Shown here piece after piece: positions 1-9,412 of a DNA stretch of 34,880 nt. This stretch comes from Burkholderiaceae bacterium. Lineage in GTDB: Bacteria; Pseudomonadota; Gammaproteobacteria; Burkholderiales; Burkholderiaceae_F. Numbering within the stretch: position 1 is the stretch's first letter; every line of letters starts with the position of its first letter. A model generated the notes under the pieces. The model had not been told where the DNA came from. It was given only the letters and a program-made list of their open reading frames with translations, and ran no database searches. The stretch is from the NCBI GenBank assembly GCA_013695705.1, contig JACCZX010000302.1, positions 1 through 34,880 of the forward strand, given 5' to 3'. The position numbers were made by a program, and so were the translations under genes.

Positions 1-678
1 GGCCATACCGAAGCGTGTTGCGATCTGGCGCGGCTGGCGGGTTTGAATCCAGCCGCGGTGCTGTGTGAGGTGATGAACGATGACGGCACCATGGCGCGGT
101 TGCCCGACCTTCTGCCGTTTGCCGCCGCACACGGTTTGCGGATCGGAACGATCGCTGATTTGATTCGTTATCGTGCCGCCAATGAATCACTGGTCGAACG
201 CGTAGCGGTGCGCCGCGCTATGACGCCGGCGGGTGAGTTCGAGCTGATTGCGTACCGCGACGAACCGAGCGGCGCGGCGCATCTCGCACTGGTGCATGGT
301 GTGCTGGCGCCCGATCGTGAAGCACTGGTGCGCGTTCACGAGCCACTATCGGTGCTTGACGTGCTTGATGTCGAAGCGTCGAGCCACGCGTGGCCGCTGT
401 TAAAGGCGCTCAAGCGCATCGCGCAAAGTGATGGGGGCGTGCTGGTGATGTTGAATTGCGGCGAATCCGCGGAACAGCTTTTCGCGCACTTCGCGGCGAC
501 GATCGACAGCGGAGCGGATGACGCGCGTGCCACAAAAATGGATTTGCGCACTTATGGTGTCGGCGCGCAGATCCTGCGCGATCTGAACGTGCAGAAAATG
601 AAGTTGCTCGCCCGGCCGCGCAAGATGCCGTCGATGGCGGGGTTTGGATTGCTGGTCACGGGCTATTTAGAGGATTGA
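1..678 (+). CDS. ribBA: RibBA-type protein, 3' portion (end of the 3,4-dihydroxy-2-butanone-4-phosphate synthase domain plus a GTP-cyclohydrolase-II-like C-terminal domain). The 5' end lies outside the window.
   Basis: Frame 1 is open from nt 1 (GHTEACCDLARLAGLNPAAVLCEVMNDDG, a DHBP-synthase signature region). The C-terminal half has a GCH-II-like layout (VRVHE..., YGVGAQILRDLNV). ribH follows 6 nt downstream. Confidence 0.85.
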   Translation, partial: GHTEACCDLARLAGLNPAAVLCEVMNDDGTMARLPDLLPFAAAHGLRIGTIADLIRYRAANESLVERVAVRRAMTPAGEFELIAYRDEPSGAAHLALVHGVLAPDREALVRVHEPLSVLDVLDVEASSHAWPLLKALKRIAQSDGGVLVMLNCGESAEQLFAHFAATIDSGADDARATKMDLRTYGVGAQILRDLNVQKMKLLARPRKMPSMAGFGLLVTGYLED

Positions 679-684
679 CGTCTG

Positions 685-1182
685 ATGGCCAAAGACTCCA
701 TCGCGCCGGACTTCGACGGCGATGCTCTGCGCATTGGACTGGTGCAGTCGCGCTTTAACGAGTGGGCGTCGCGTGCGCTGAGCGATGCGTGCGTCAGCGA
801 GTTGATCAGGCTTGGCGTTGACGAAGACGACATTACCCACGTCACCGTTCCGGGAGCGCTCGAAATTCCACTGGCGTTGGCGAAGCTCGCCGCCACCGAA
901 GATTTCGATGCGTTAATCGCGCTTGGCTGCGTGATTCGCGGCGAGACGTTTCACTTTGAAGTGGTTGCCAATGAGTCCGCACGCGGCATCGCCGGGGTGT
1001 CGCTCGAATACGGCGTGCCGATTGCGAACGCAGTCTTGACCACTGAAAATGAAGAGCAGGCGAGAGTACGGGTCGATGAGAAAGGCCGCGATGCGGCGCG
1101 CGTCGCAGTCGAAATGGCCAATCTGCTGTGGGCGCTCGATGCAGACGGCGAGGAGATGGTTGCAGGCGAGAGTCAGGCATGA
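685..1182 (+). CDS. ribH: 6,7-dimethyl-8-ribityllumazine synthase
   Basis: 165 aa with [21 protein letters not shown] and [16 protein letters not shown] motifs typical of lumazine synthase. It sits in the conserved position between ribBA and nusB. Confidence 0.95.
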   Translation: MAKDSIAPDFDGDALRIGLVQSRFNEWASRALSDACVSELIRLGVDEDDITHVTVPGALEIPLALAKLAATEDFDALIALGCVIRGETFHFEVVANESARGIAGVSLEYGVPIANAVLTTENEEQARVRVDEKGRDAARVAVEMANLLWALDADGEEMVAGESQA

Positions 1183-1673
1183 ACGAGCACTCTTCTGCAG
1201 CTCCAGTTTCACGCGCTGCCAGGGGCGGTGCTCGCAGTGCGCGGCGGCGCTCGCGCGAGCTCGCACTGCAGGGCCTGTATCAGTGGCTGGTCGGCGGCAA
1301 TGACGCCGCTGCGATCGAGGCACAACCCCTGGACGAGGGCCAGGCACTGGCGGCGGTCGACATTGGGCATTATCGCGAAGTGCTCAATGGCGCCATTGAT
1401 AACGCTGCGAATCTCCGCGCTCGCTTTACACCGCATCTTGATCGCACCATCGAGGTCCTGTCGCCGGTAGAACATTCGATCCTGTTGATCGCGACGTACG
1501 AGCTGCAGCATCGGGTAGAGATTCCGTACCGCGTCGTCATCAACGAAGCGGTCGAGCTGGCCAAGAATTTTGGCGGCACCGATGGTTTTCGTTACGTGAA
1601 CGGCGTGCTCGATAAAGTCGCAGCAGAGCTGCGGCCGGCGGAAGTCAGCGGACGCAGCCGGGTTCCCGGCTGA
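1179..1673 (+). CDS. nusB: Transcription antitermination factor NusB
   Basis: The ATG at 1179 overlaps the ribH stop (ATGA). [11 protein letters not shown]... and [18 protein letters not shown] are NusB hallmarks. I chose the internal ATG over the longer ORF that starts at 1128 inside ribH. Confidence 0.9.
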   Translation: MNEHSSAAPVSRAARGGARSARRRSRELALQGLYQWLVGGNDAAAIEAQPLDEGQALAAVDIGHYREVLNGAIDNAANLRARFTPHLDRTIEVLSPVEHSILLIATYELQHRVEIPYRVVINEAVELAKNFGGTDGFRYVNGVLDKVAAELRPAEVSGRSRVPG

Positions 1674-1676
1674 TTT

Positions 1677-2654
1677 GTGGCAGGGAGGGCTTCAATCGGC
1701 GAGTTTGAGCTGATCGAACGCTTTTTCAGGCGCTCATCGCCACAAAATTCATCTGTGGCGCTTGGCGTCGGCGATGATTGCGCGCTAATCGCATCGGAAG
1801 CTGGCGCGCAATGGGCGGTGTCGACCGATACGCTGGTCGAGCACGTCCATTTTCTATCTGATGTAGATCCTGCTGCGCTCGGTCACAAGGCGCTCGCCGT
1901 CAGTCTTTCCGATCTCGCGGCGTGCGGCGCCACGCCGCGCTGTTTTTTCTTGGCGCTTGCGCTGCCAAGCGCCGATCCGGCCTGGCTCGAGCGTTTCAGT
2001 GACGGCATGTACGCGTTGGCCGACCTTCATTGCTGCGCGCTTGCCGGCGGCGATACTTCTCGTTCATCGGCAGGCATCGTGATCACGATCACTGCGCTGG
2101 GCTATGTTCCGACCGGGGACGCTCTTCTCCGCTCGGGTGCGCGAGTGGGGGACGACATCTGGGTTTCAGGCGAACTGGGCGACGCCGCACTCGGGCTCGC
2201 GTTTCGGCGCGGCGATGTGGATTTGCCGCAGGCGGCTGCGCAAAGAGTCGTTACGAAGCTCGAGCTGCCGGTGCCGCGCGTGCTTCTGGGAGTGCGGCTG
2301 CGCGAACTCGCCAGCAGCGCGATCGATTTATCGGACGGGCTGGTGGGCGATTTGCGCCATGTCATGCGTGCATCTGGCGTCGGCGCCGTCGTCAACTGGG
2401 CGCAAATACCGCGCTCCGCAGTGCTCCAACAGCAGCCAATTCCCACGCAACAGCGCCTGGCGCTGGCGGGCGGCGACGACTATGAGCTCCTGTTCACCGC
2501 GGCATCCGAACGCCGCGCCCAGGTGATAGCGGTGGCTGCCGGGCTCGTGCCCGTCACGCGAATCGGTATTGTCACATCGACCACCGGTCTTGAGGTGGTA
2601 GACGAGGACGGAGCGGCGGTGGACACTGGCATGATTGCTTTCGAGCATTTTTGA
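1677..2654 (+). CDS. thiL: Thiamine-monophosphate kinase
   Basis: 325 aa with a GTG start. IGEFELIERF, GDDCALI, the ALAVSLSDLAACGA (AIR-synthase-like) region and GGDDYELLFT are present. The nusB-thiL order is conserved. Confidence 0.9.
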   Translation: MAGRASIGEFELIERFFRRSSPQNSSVALGVGDDCALIASEAGAQWAVSTDTLVEHVHFLSDVDPAALGHKALAVSLSDLAACGATPRCFFLALALPSADPAWLERFSDGMYALADLHCCALAGGDTSRSSAGIVITITALGYVPTGDALLRSGARVGDDIWVSGELGDAALGLAFRRGDVDLPQAAAQRVVTKLELPVPRVLLGVRLRELASSAIDLSDGLVGDLRHVMRASGVGAVVNWAQIPRSAVLQQQPIPTQQRLALAGGDDYELLFTAASERRAQVIAVAAGLVPVTRIGIVTSTTGLEVVDEDGAAVDTGMIAFEHF

Positions 2655-2662
2655 TAACAGGG

Positions 2663-3181
2663 ATGAACGACGCTGCAACCATCGAACACTTGGCAGGGCG
2701 CCTGGGCTCCGCGCTCCGTGCGCAACATTTGATGCTTGCGACTGCGGAGTCGTGCACGGCAGGCGGAGTCGGGTACGCCATCACCCTGCTGCCGGGAGCG
2801 AGCGGCTGGTACGACCGCGGCTTCATTGCCTACTCAAATGAGGCGAAGATGCAGATGCTCGGCGTGTCTGCGGCCTACCTGCGCGACTTTGGCGCGGTCA
2901 GCGAGCCGGTCGCGCGCGCGATGGCGCTGGGCGCGTTGTCACACGGCGCTCAGGTATCGATGGCAGTGACCGGGGTGGCGGGCCCCGACGCAGGGTCCGA
3001 CGACAAGCCGGTAGGCACCGTGTGTTTCGCGTGGGCGATTCGTCGGGATGTGTCAAATGCGCCGTGGGTCAAGACGCAGACGCAGCACTTGACGGGTGAT
3101 CGTCATGCGGTACGCACGCGCAGCATCATCATTGCGCTTGAGACATTGGTGGGGCTGCTGGAACAGCGCGAGGACATTTGA
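2663..3181 (+). CDS. pncC: CinA C-terminal-domain protein / nicotinamide-nucleotide amidohydrolase PncC family
   Basis: LATAESCTAGG...GASGWYDRGFIAYSNEAK...AVTGVAGP motifs. The ATG at 2663 gives a family-typical N-terminus. An alternative TTG at 2651 overlaps the thiL stop. Confidence 0.85.
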   Translation: MNDAATIEHLAGRLGSALRAQHLMLATAESCTAGGVGYAITLLPGASGWYDRGFIAYSNEAKMQMLGVSAAYLRDFGAVSEPVARAMALGALSHGAQVSMAVTGVAGPDAGSDDKPVGTVCFAWAIRRDVSNAPWVKTQTQHLTGDRHAVRTRSIIIALETLVGLLEQREDI

Positions 3182-4095
3182 GTACAGAGTCGCGCGGGCG
3201 AGCAGGCGCAGAGCTGTTCGCCGGTCTTGCGCTTGAAAAACACAACGTCAATGGCGTGAACCTCAACGCCCGATATGGCGGCCGCGGGCCTCCTTTACTG
3301 CTGTTGCACGGATTCCCGCAAACACACGCAATCTGGCACAAGGTCGCGCCGCAACTCGCGCAGCGTTACACGCTGGTTATGCCAGACCTGCGCGGCTACG
3401 GCGATTCGGACAAGCCTGTCAGTGGCGCGGACCATGCCCAGTATTCGAAGCGCTCGATGGCGCTCGATGCCGTCGAGCTGATGCGTTCATTGGGATTTGA
3501 GCGTTTCTTTGTCTGTGGCCATGATCGCGGCGGGCGCGTGGCGCATCGCCTCGCGCTTGATCATCCGCAATCTGTCGCAGCGTTAATGGTGTTGGATATT
3601 TCGCCGACGCTGACGATGTACGGGCGCACCACGATGGATTTCGCAAGCGCGTACTACCACTGGTTCTTTCTGATCCAACCCGCGCCGCTGCCCGAAACGC
3701 TGATCGCGGCCGATCCGATCTTTTATTTACGCAATAAGCTCGGCGGATGGGGCTCCGCCGGCATCTCGCTGTTCGACCCGCGCGCGCTTGCCGAATACGA
3801 ACGATGCTTCACGCCGGCTGCGATCCACGCGATGTGCGAGGACTACCGCGCCGCGGCGTCAATCGATCTCGAGCACGACCGGATGGATGTGCAAGCCAAC
3901 AGGCGTGTCGAGTGCCCGCTGCGCGTACTGTGGGGCGAACGCGGCGTCGTCAACAAGCTTTTTACGCCGATTGCGGACTGGCAGGAACGTGCGAGCCAGC
4001 GCGTAACTGGCCATGCCACGCCGACCGGGCACTACATCCCAGAGGAAGCGCCGGAATTGCTAGCCGCGCAAATGCAAAGTTTCTTTACACACTGA
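3178..4095 (+). CDS. Alpha/beta-fold hydrolase of the haloacetate (fluoroacetate) dehalogenase / epoxide-hydrolase-like group
   Basis: LLLLHGFPQTHAIWHKV, PDLRGYGDSDKP, nucleophile elbow CGHDRGGRVAHR and YYHWFF are present. The TTG start overlaps the pncC stop. Substrate cannot be read from the sequence. Confidence 0.75.
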   Translation: MSTESRGRAGAELFAGLALEKHNVNGVNLNARYGGRGPPLLLLHGFPQTHAIWHKVAPQLAQRYTLVMPDLRGYGDSDKPVSGADHAQYSKRSMALDAVELMRSLGFERFFVCGHDRGGRVAHRLALDHPQSVAALMVLDISPTLTMYGRTTMDFASAYYHWFFLIQPAPLPETLIAADPIFYLRNKLGGWGSAGISLFDPRALAEYERCFTPAAIHAMCEDYRAAASIDLEHDRMDVQANRRVECPLRVLWGERGVVNKLFTPIADWQERASQRVTGHATPTGHYIPEEAPELLAAQMQSFFTH

Positions 4096-4122
4096 TTCCG
4101 CATACTGATTTTGTAGACTGAG

Positions 4123-5796
4123 TTGATGCGTCGATGCTTTTTTGTTCGCGCCGCGCTTGTCGGAGCAACGTTTGCACTCGTTCCGGCCGCGGCGGTTGAA
4201 ACGGTCAAGGACAGCGCGCGTGCGCCAGGCTTTTGCATGTCCGGCGCCAGCGCTTTGCCGGCGGGCGCGGCGCGCGAGCTGCCAATTGGCAACTATCGTG
4301 GCCCGCGCGCATCGAGCAACGAAAAGGCGCAGCGATTCTTCGATCAGGGACTGGTGTTCGGCTGGGGATTTAATTTCCCCGAGTCCGTGCGCTCGTTTCG
4401 TGCCGCCGCCCGGCTCGATCTCGACTGCGCGCTGTGTCGCTGGGGCATTGCGTGGTCGCTTGGGCCAAGTATCAATCACGATATGCAGGCAGCCGACGTG
4501 CCGATAGCTCTCGATGCCTTGGTGCAGGCGCGCGTCATTGCAAAGCCCGGCTCGCGCGATCGTTTGCTGATCGACGCACTGTCGGAGCGCTACGCCGATC
4601 GCCCCGGCGTGCGCACCGAGCAGCTCGCGCAGAATTACGCGCGTTCGATGCGCGCGCTGACAGAGCGACACGCCGATGATGCTGACATTGCGGTGTTGGC
4701 TGCCGAAGCCATGATGAATCAGCATGCGTACGACTATTGGCGCAAAAATGGCACGCCGCAGTCATGGACGCCGGAGATCGTAGAGATGCTTGAGATGGCG
4801 TTGCGGCTGGCGCCGATGCATCCGGGCGCGCACCACTACCGCATTCATCTGTACGAGGACTCGCGCCAACCCGAGCTCGCATTGGCATCGGCCGAGCAAC
4901 TTGGCGCGCTGACGCCGATCGTTGGTCATCTGGTGCATATGCCGTCTCACGTGTTCTTCCGGCTCGGGCGCTATCGCGATGCGACGGTGGCAAATGATGC
5001 AGCGGTGCGGGCCGACCGTGAATACGCGGCCTTGGCGGGAAATGAATCCGACTACGCGCTGCATCATCTGCATTTCCTGTGGGCGTCGGCGCTGTGGAGC
5101 GGTGAGCGCGACACTGCGCTGCGTGTGGCCGATCAACTGGCAACCGCGGCCGCATCGCCCAGTACCAATAGGATCGATGGCCGCGATGGAACTCGTCAGC
5201 ACTTGCTGTCGGCGCCAGACTTGACCCTGGTTCGCTTTGGGCTCTGGCAAGAACTCGCCGCGCGGGTCGACGCAGGTGCAGCCAGCGGCCCGTATCAGCG
5301 CGGCTTGACGCAATTCGCAGCCGGAATCGCGCATGCCAAGCGCGGCGACGTCGCACTTGCACGCAACAAGCTTGCAGCGCTGCGGCGTTCCGCGCGCGAC
5401 ACCTCGGCTGCCGCGCTGACGGTAAAAAACATCAATCGGGCGGCCGACGTGTTATCCATTGCGCGGGCACTGTTGCAATCTGCCATTGCGAGCGCGCGCG
5501 GTGCGCACAGCGATGCAGTGCGTAACGCGCGCGCTGCTGTCATCGCCGAAGACCGCCTGGAAAGCGATGATCCTCCTGCATGGCCGTTGCCGGCGCGGCA
5601 CGTATTGGCGGCAGCGTTGCTGCATGCCGGCCGCGCGCATGAAGCTGCAAGGACGTACCGTGCAGACCTCGACCGCTATCCAGACAATTGCATTGCCCGG
5701 ATAGGACTGGCCGCGGCCGAACGCAAGCGATCATCGACTGTCTCGTTGCAACCTCCGGCGCGCAGTGCTGCGCCTCCACCGCAGTGTTTTGAGTAA
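4123..5796 (+). CDS. Secreted helical-repeat (TPR-like) protein of unknown function
   Basis: 557 aa with an N-terminal signal-like segment (MMRRCFFVRAALVGATFALVPAAA). The body is Ala/Leu/Arg-rich helical repeats with His-rich motifs (HHYRIHLYE, HMPSHVFFRLGRY, HHLHFLW). I recognise no catalytic family. Confidence 0.65.
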   Translation: MMRRCFFVRAALVGATFALVPAAAVETVKDSARAPGFCMSGASALPAGAARELPIGNYRGPRASSNEKAQRFFDQGLVFGWGFNFPESVRSFRAAARLDLDCALCRWGIAWSLGPSINHDMQAADVPIALDALVQARVIAKPGSRDRLLIDALSERYADRPGVRTEQLAQNYARSMRALTERHADDADIAVLAAEAMMNQHAYDYWRKNGTPQSWTPEIVEMLEMALRLAPMHPGAHHYRIHLYEDSRQPELALASAEQLGALTPIVGHLVHMPSHVFFRLGRYRDATVANDAAVRADREYAALAGNESDYALHHLHFLWASALWSGERDTALRVADQLATAAASPSTNRIDGRDGTRQHLLSAPDLTLVRFGLWQELAARVDAGAASGPYQRGLTQFAAGIAHAKRGDVALARNKLAALRRSARDTSAAALTVKNINRAADVLSIARALLQSAIASARGAHSDAVRNARAAVIAEDRLESDDPPAWPLPARHVLAAALLHAGRAHEAARTYRADLDRYPDNCIARIGLAAAERKRSSTVSLQPPARSAAPPPQCFE

Positions 5797-5800
5797 CGCT

Positions 5801-7144
5801 ATGCCCATCGAAGTGTTGGTTCTACTCGGCTTGATAGCGCTCAATGGCGTGTTCGCGATGTCAGAGATCGCTCTCGTCACTGCGCGCCGGGCACGCCTGC
5901 AACTCCTGGTAGAAGAGGGAGATCGCGGCGCGGCGGCAGCAATGGCGTTGAACACGGAGCCCACTCGGTTTCTATCGACGATTCAGGTTGGCATTACATC
6001 GATTGGAATCACCAGCGGCATCGTTGGGGAGGCTGCGTTCGCCACTCCGCTGAGCCACTGGTTGATCGAAATGGGAGGTAACCCGGCTAACGCGCGGCTC
6101 GGCGCAACGGTGCTGGTCGTATTGGTCATCACATACGTCTCGATTGTGATTGGCGAGCTGGTGCCGAAGCGGCTGGGTCAGATTTGGCCGGAGGCGATTG
6201 CGCGCAATGTGGCGCGGCCGATCAGCTGGCTCGCGATTGCGGTGCGGCCGTTCGTGCGGTTGTTGTCATCGTCGACCGATTTGTTGCTACGGCTGTTTGG
6301 GACGCGTGGCAGGCGTGCCACGTCAGTGACCGAAGAGGAAATTCACGCGCTGATACAGGAAGGCTCGGACCATGGTGTCATCGACGAACAGGAGCGCGCC
6401 ATGGTGCGCAACGTGTTTCGTCTCGACGATCGGCAAATCGCGTCGCTGATGACGCCCCGCTCGGACATCGTGTACATCGACCTGGAAGATTCGGCGGCAG
6501 ACAATCTGAACAAGGTGATCGAGGCGCAGCGATCGCGTTTCCCGGTGTGTCGCGGCGGGCTGCGCGATGTGGTCGGCATCATCAGCGCAAGCAGTTTGTT
6601 GCAGCAGACGATTCGCGGCCAGGCACCGGATTTTTCAAAAGGATTGGCCGCCGCCGCGTACGTTCCGGAATCATTGACCGGCATGGAATTGCTCGAGACA
6701 TTTCGCACTTCGACTTCGCACCTGGCGCTGGTGGTCGACGAGTATGGCGAAATTCAAGGTCTGGTTTCGTTGCAGGATCTGCTCGAGGCAATTACTGGCG
6801 AATTTAAAACGCCGAGTGTTGACGACGCATGGGCGGTGCAACGACAGGATGGTTCGTGGCTACTCGACGGCTTGATTCCGTTGCCCGAGTTGAAGGATCG
6901 ACTCGCATTCGCCGCCGCACCCGAAGAAGAACTCGGCCGCTATAACACCCTGAGCGGGATGGTGATGTTGCTTCTCGGGCGGGTGCCACGGACCGGCGAC
7001 GTTGCCGAGTGGCAGGGTTGGCGCTTCGAGATCGTCGACATGGACAAACATCGGATCGACAAAGTGCTCGCGGTGCATTTGCCTGAAAAGACACAACGCG
7101 ATGATGAGAATCGAAGCGATGCAGGCGCCGAGGCACCGCGCTGA
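5801..7144 (+). CDS. Hemolysin-family (TlyC/CorC-like) membrane protein: CNNM/DUF21 transmembrane domain, CBS pair and CorC_HlyC domain
   Basis: The ATG at 5801 gives MPIEVLVLLGLIALNGVFAMSEIALV, the typical DUF21 start. GELVPKRLG, a CBS region (MTPRSDIVYIDLED...) and a C-terminal transporter-associated domain follow. Confidence 0.9.
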   Translation: MPIEVLVLLGLIALNGVFAMSEIALVTARRARLQLLVEEGDRGAAAAMALNTEPTRFLSTIQVGITSIGITSGIVGEAAFATPLSHWLIEMGGNPANARLGATVLVVLVITYVSIVIGELVPKRLGQIWPEAIARNVARPISWLAIAVRPFVRLLSSSTDLLLRLFGTRGRRATSVTEEEIHALIQEGSDHGVIDEQERAMVRNVFRLDDRQIASLMTPRSDIVYIDLEDSAADNLNKVIEAQRSRFPVCRGGLRDVVGIISASSLLQQTIRGQAPDFSKGLAAAAYVPESLTGMELLETFRTSTSHLALVVDEYGEIQGLVSLQDLLEAITGEFKTPSVDDAWAVQRQDGSWLLDGLIPLPELKDRLAFAAAPEEELGRYNTLSGMVMLLLGRVPRTGDVAEWQGWRFEIVDMDKHRIDKVLAVHLPEKTQRDDENRSDAGAEAPR

Positions 7145-7150
7145 TAGCCT

Positions 7151-7972
7151 CTACGCCGGCACCCGTCGGTAGCGGTTAATTTCATCACGCGCGATCCGCG
7201 CTGCAGCCCGCGATGCGGCTGCAAAATGCTCACCCTGCCCAGCATAGATAATTGCGCGCGACGAGTTGACGATGATGCCCGCGCCGTCCGCAGCCTGTCC
7301 GGCTGTGACGCTGGCTTGCACGTCACCGCCCTGGGCACCGATGCCGGGCACGAGCAGCGGCATTTCGCCGACCAGTTCGCGCACGCGTGCAAGTTCATTC
7401 GGATACGTGGCGCCGGCCACCAGGCCAAGTTGGCCGCCGCGATTCCATTGCATCGCCAGCCGCGCAACGCGCTCATACAGCCGCTCGCCGCCAACGTCGA
7501 GCATTTGCAAATCATCACCGCTGGCATTGCTGGTACGGCACAACAGAAACGTGCCGCGGTCTGCGTACTCCAGATACGGCTCGATCGAATCGAAACCGAG
7601 ATACGGCGACAGCGTTACCGCGTGCGCGTTGTAACGCTCGAACACTTCGCGCGCGTAGTGGTGCGCGGTCGATGCCATGTCGCCACGCTTGGCATCCAGA
7701 ATCACGGGAATCGCTGGATGCGCTTCCCTCGCATACGCAATCAGGCGCTGCAACGAATCTTCCGCGCCGGCCGAAGCGAAATAGGCAATTTGCGGTTTGA
7801 ATGCACAGGCGAAACCGGCGGTCGCATCGACGATCGATTTGCAGAATTCGAAGAACGGGTCGGCGCCATTGCGCAAATGCTCAGGAATCCGCGCAAGGTC
7901 AGGATCAAGTCCAACACAAAGCAATGTGTTGGCCGCGCGCCAGCGCGCCTTGAGCATGTCAACAAACTTCAT
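7151..7972 (-). CDS. pyrF: Orotidine-5'-phosphate decarboxylase (long, type 2 form)
   Basis: 273 aa with [21 protein letters not shown] and PGIGAQGG motifs. Confidence 0.92.
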   Translation of the reverse strand: MKFVDMLKARWRAANTLLCVGLDPDLARIPEHLRNGADPFFEFCKSIVDATAGFACAFKPQIAYFASAGAEDSLQRLIAYAREAHPAIPVILDAKRGDMASTAHHYAREVFERYNAHAVTLSPYLGFDSIEPYLEYADRGTFLLCRTSNASGDDLQMLDVGGERLYERVARLAMQWNRGGQLGLVAGATYPNELARVRELVGEMPLLVPGIGAQGGDVQASVTAGQAADGAGIIVNSSRAIIYAGQGEHFAAASRAAARIARDEINRYRRVPA

Positions 7973-8019
7973 ACGGCCTCCGTCGCGAAGTCTACAGAGC
8001 CGGTGTCGGCTTTAGCGCG

Positions 8020-8330
8020 ATGAGCGCGGTTCGCTTGTCCAGGCGCGACCGCGTGCTGCTCGTACTGCTAACTCTCTTCTGGGGGTATCAGCTGGCCGGT
8101 GATGAAGCTCGGTGTCGACGAGTTGCCGCCACTTTACTTTCGCACCCTCTGTATTGCCCGGCGGCGTGCTGATCATCGGGCTGTGGGCGGTGGTGACGCG
8201 AGTCCCAATGCGCGTGCCCGTGGGCGGCGAGTAGCCGTCGTGGCATGACTATGCGGCGCTTTCGCTGATCGAGGTAGCGCTGTCGACTGTTTTTCTGGCG
8301 CCCAGGAGTTCGGGCGTCGAGTGGAGGACA
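8020..8330 (+). pseudogene. Decayed N-terminal relic of an EamA/DMT-family transporter gene (frameshifted and truncated)
   Basis: From the ATG at 8020: MSAVRLSRRDRVLLVLLTLFWG. After a +1 shift it reads ISWPVMKLGVDELPPLYFRTLCIA, and after a further shift GGVLIIGLWAVVTRVPMRVPVGGE*. Together these mimic the first EamA repeat (LFWG.NWPV.K.G..ELPP..FR). No frame stays open, and only about 0.3-0.4 kb remains before the convergent M48 gene. The 3' boundary is approximate. Confidence 0.45.
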
Positions 8331-8407
8331 TGAGATGCGCGCGATCGTAATCCCGACGCTGCGCGCCGAACCAGTTCGGCTCGTCCGAGCGGACGCTGAT
8401 GTGCCGC

Positions 8408-9412
8408 TCAATTTGCCGGCTTGCGGAAGAGCTCGATGCGCTCGGGAGTCGGCGGGTGGGTTGATAGATACGCCGGCCACTGTTTGCCCGGGCTGCGTTT
8501 TTCATGGGCTTTTTGCATGCGTTCGAACAGCGTTGCCAGCGATGCGGTCGAAATTTTATTTTTTTGCAGCAAATCGATCGAGTAGTTGTCGGCTTCGCGC
8601 TCCATCGCGCGCGAGTAGTCGAGCTCGATCAAAATCGCGGGCAGCGCCGCCAGAACGGTGCTGACGTCGCCGACCAGCACGGCCGCGGCCGCGCCCACCG
8701 CGGCGCTTGCAAACAGCCGTCGCATCAAATGGCGATGCTCGATGTGCCCAAGCTCATGCGCCAGCACCCCTATTACCGCATCGTTGTCTGGCGCCAGCTC
8801 TACCAGCGCGTCGGTGACGTAAATCACGCCGCCCGGCAGCGCAAGCGCGTTTGGGCCGATTTTTGACGCCCGAAAACGAATTTCGTAGTCGCGCTCATCG
8901 CGCGGCGCAATTTCTTCAAAGCGATCGATCAGCGCTTCGCGCCGCGCGCTCGACAGCTCGGTCGCCGAAAAAATTCGTTTCTCCAAGAACGCGGTGGCCT
9001 CGCGACCGAGCTTTTGTTCCCAACTCAGCGGTACCTGTTGGGCGATCGCCTCGGCGGCAACGGGCAGCGCCCAGCGATAAGCGGCGAACAGAAACACGAT
9101 CAGGCCGACGACGGCGAAAATGACGCCGCGCCACTGGTTCTGCCACGCGACTACAAACGAATCGCGATGCCCCGAGCTTGCGAGCAGCTGCGAAAACGCG
9201 GCGTTGTCTGCGACCTCGCAATAAGAACCGTCGCTTAGCGTCACGATCCTTGGTGCGTGTGCGAGCGGCTCGGATACTTTCAATTGCGCAAGCGGCACAC
9301 GCCGCGCGATGCCGTCGCCGTCAATGTCGAGCTCATGATCGACGACAGAAACCCGCACCGCGTGCGCGCGGGAGCTGGTGCCATCGAAATAACGAGCATC
9401 CAGGCTGCTCAC
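8408..9412 (-). CDS. M48-family zinc metallopeptidase with an N-terminal soluble domain and a transmembrane segment
   Basis: 334 aa with the HELGHIEHRH (HExxH) motif and a hydrophobic segment (VIFAVVGLIVFLFAAY). The GTG start overlaps the stop of the upstream DUF898 gene (GTGA). Confidence 0.85.
   Translation of the reverse strand: MSSLDARYFDGTSSRAHAVRVSVVDHELDIDGDGIARRVPLAQLKVSEPLAHAPRIVTLSDGSYCEVADNAAFSQLLASSGHRDSFVVAWQNQWRGVIFAVVGLIVFLFAAYRWALPVAAEAIAQQVPLSWEQKLGREATAFLEKRIFSATELSSARREALIDRFEEIAPRDERDYEIRFRASKIGPNALALPGGVIYVTDALVELAPDNDAVIGVLAHELGHIEHRHLMRRLFASAAVGAAAAVLVGDVSTVLAALPAILIELDYSRAMEREADNYSIDLLQKNKISTASLATLFERMQKAHEKRSPGKQWPAYLSTHPPTPERIELFRKPAN

Noticed and set aside
8088-8664. 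Short overlapping ORFs (8088-8480 minus, 8173-8505 minus, 8335-8664 plus) in and around the pyrF-M48 gap.
   Set aside because: They conflict with one another and with the M48 gene and are Arg/Ala/Ser-rich. The region is better explained as the decayed EamA relic plus the M48 3' end.
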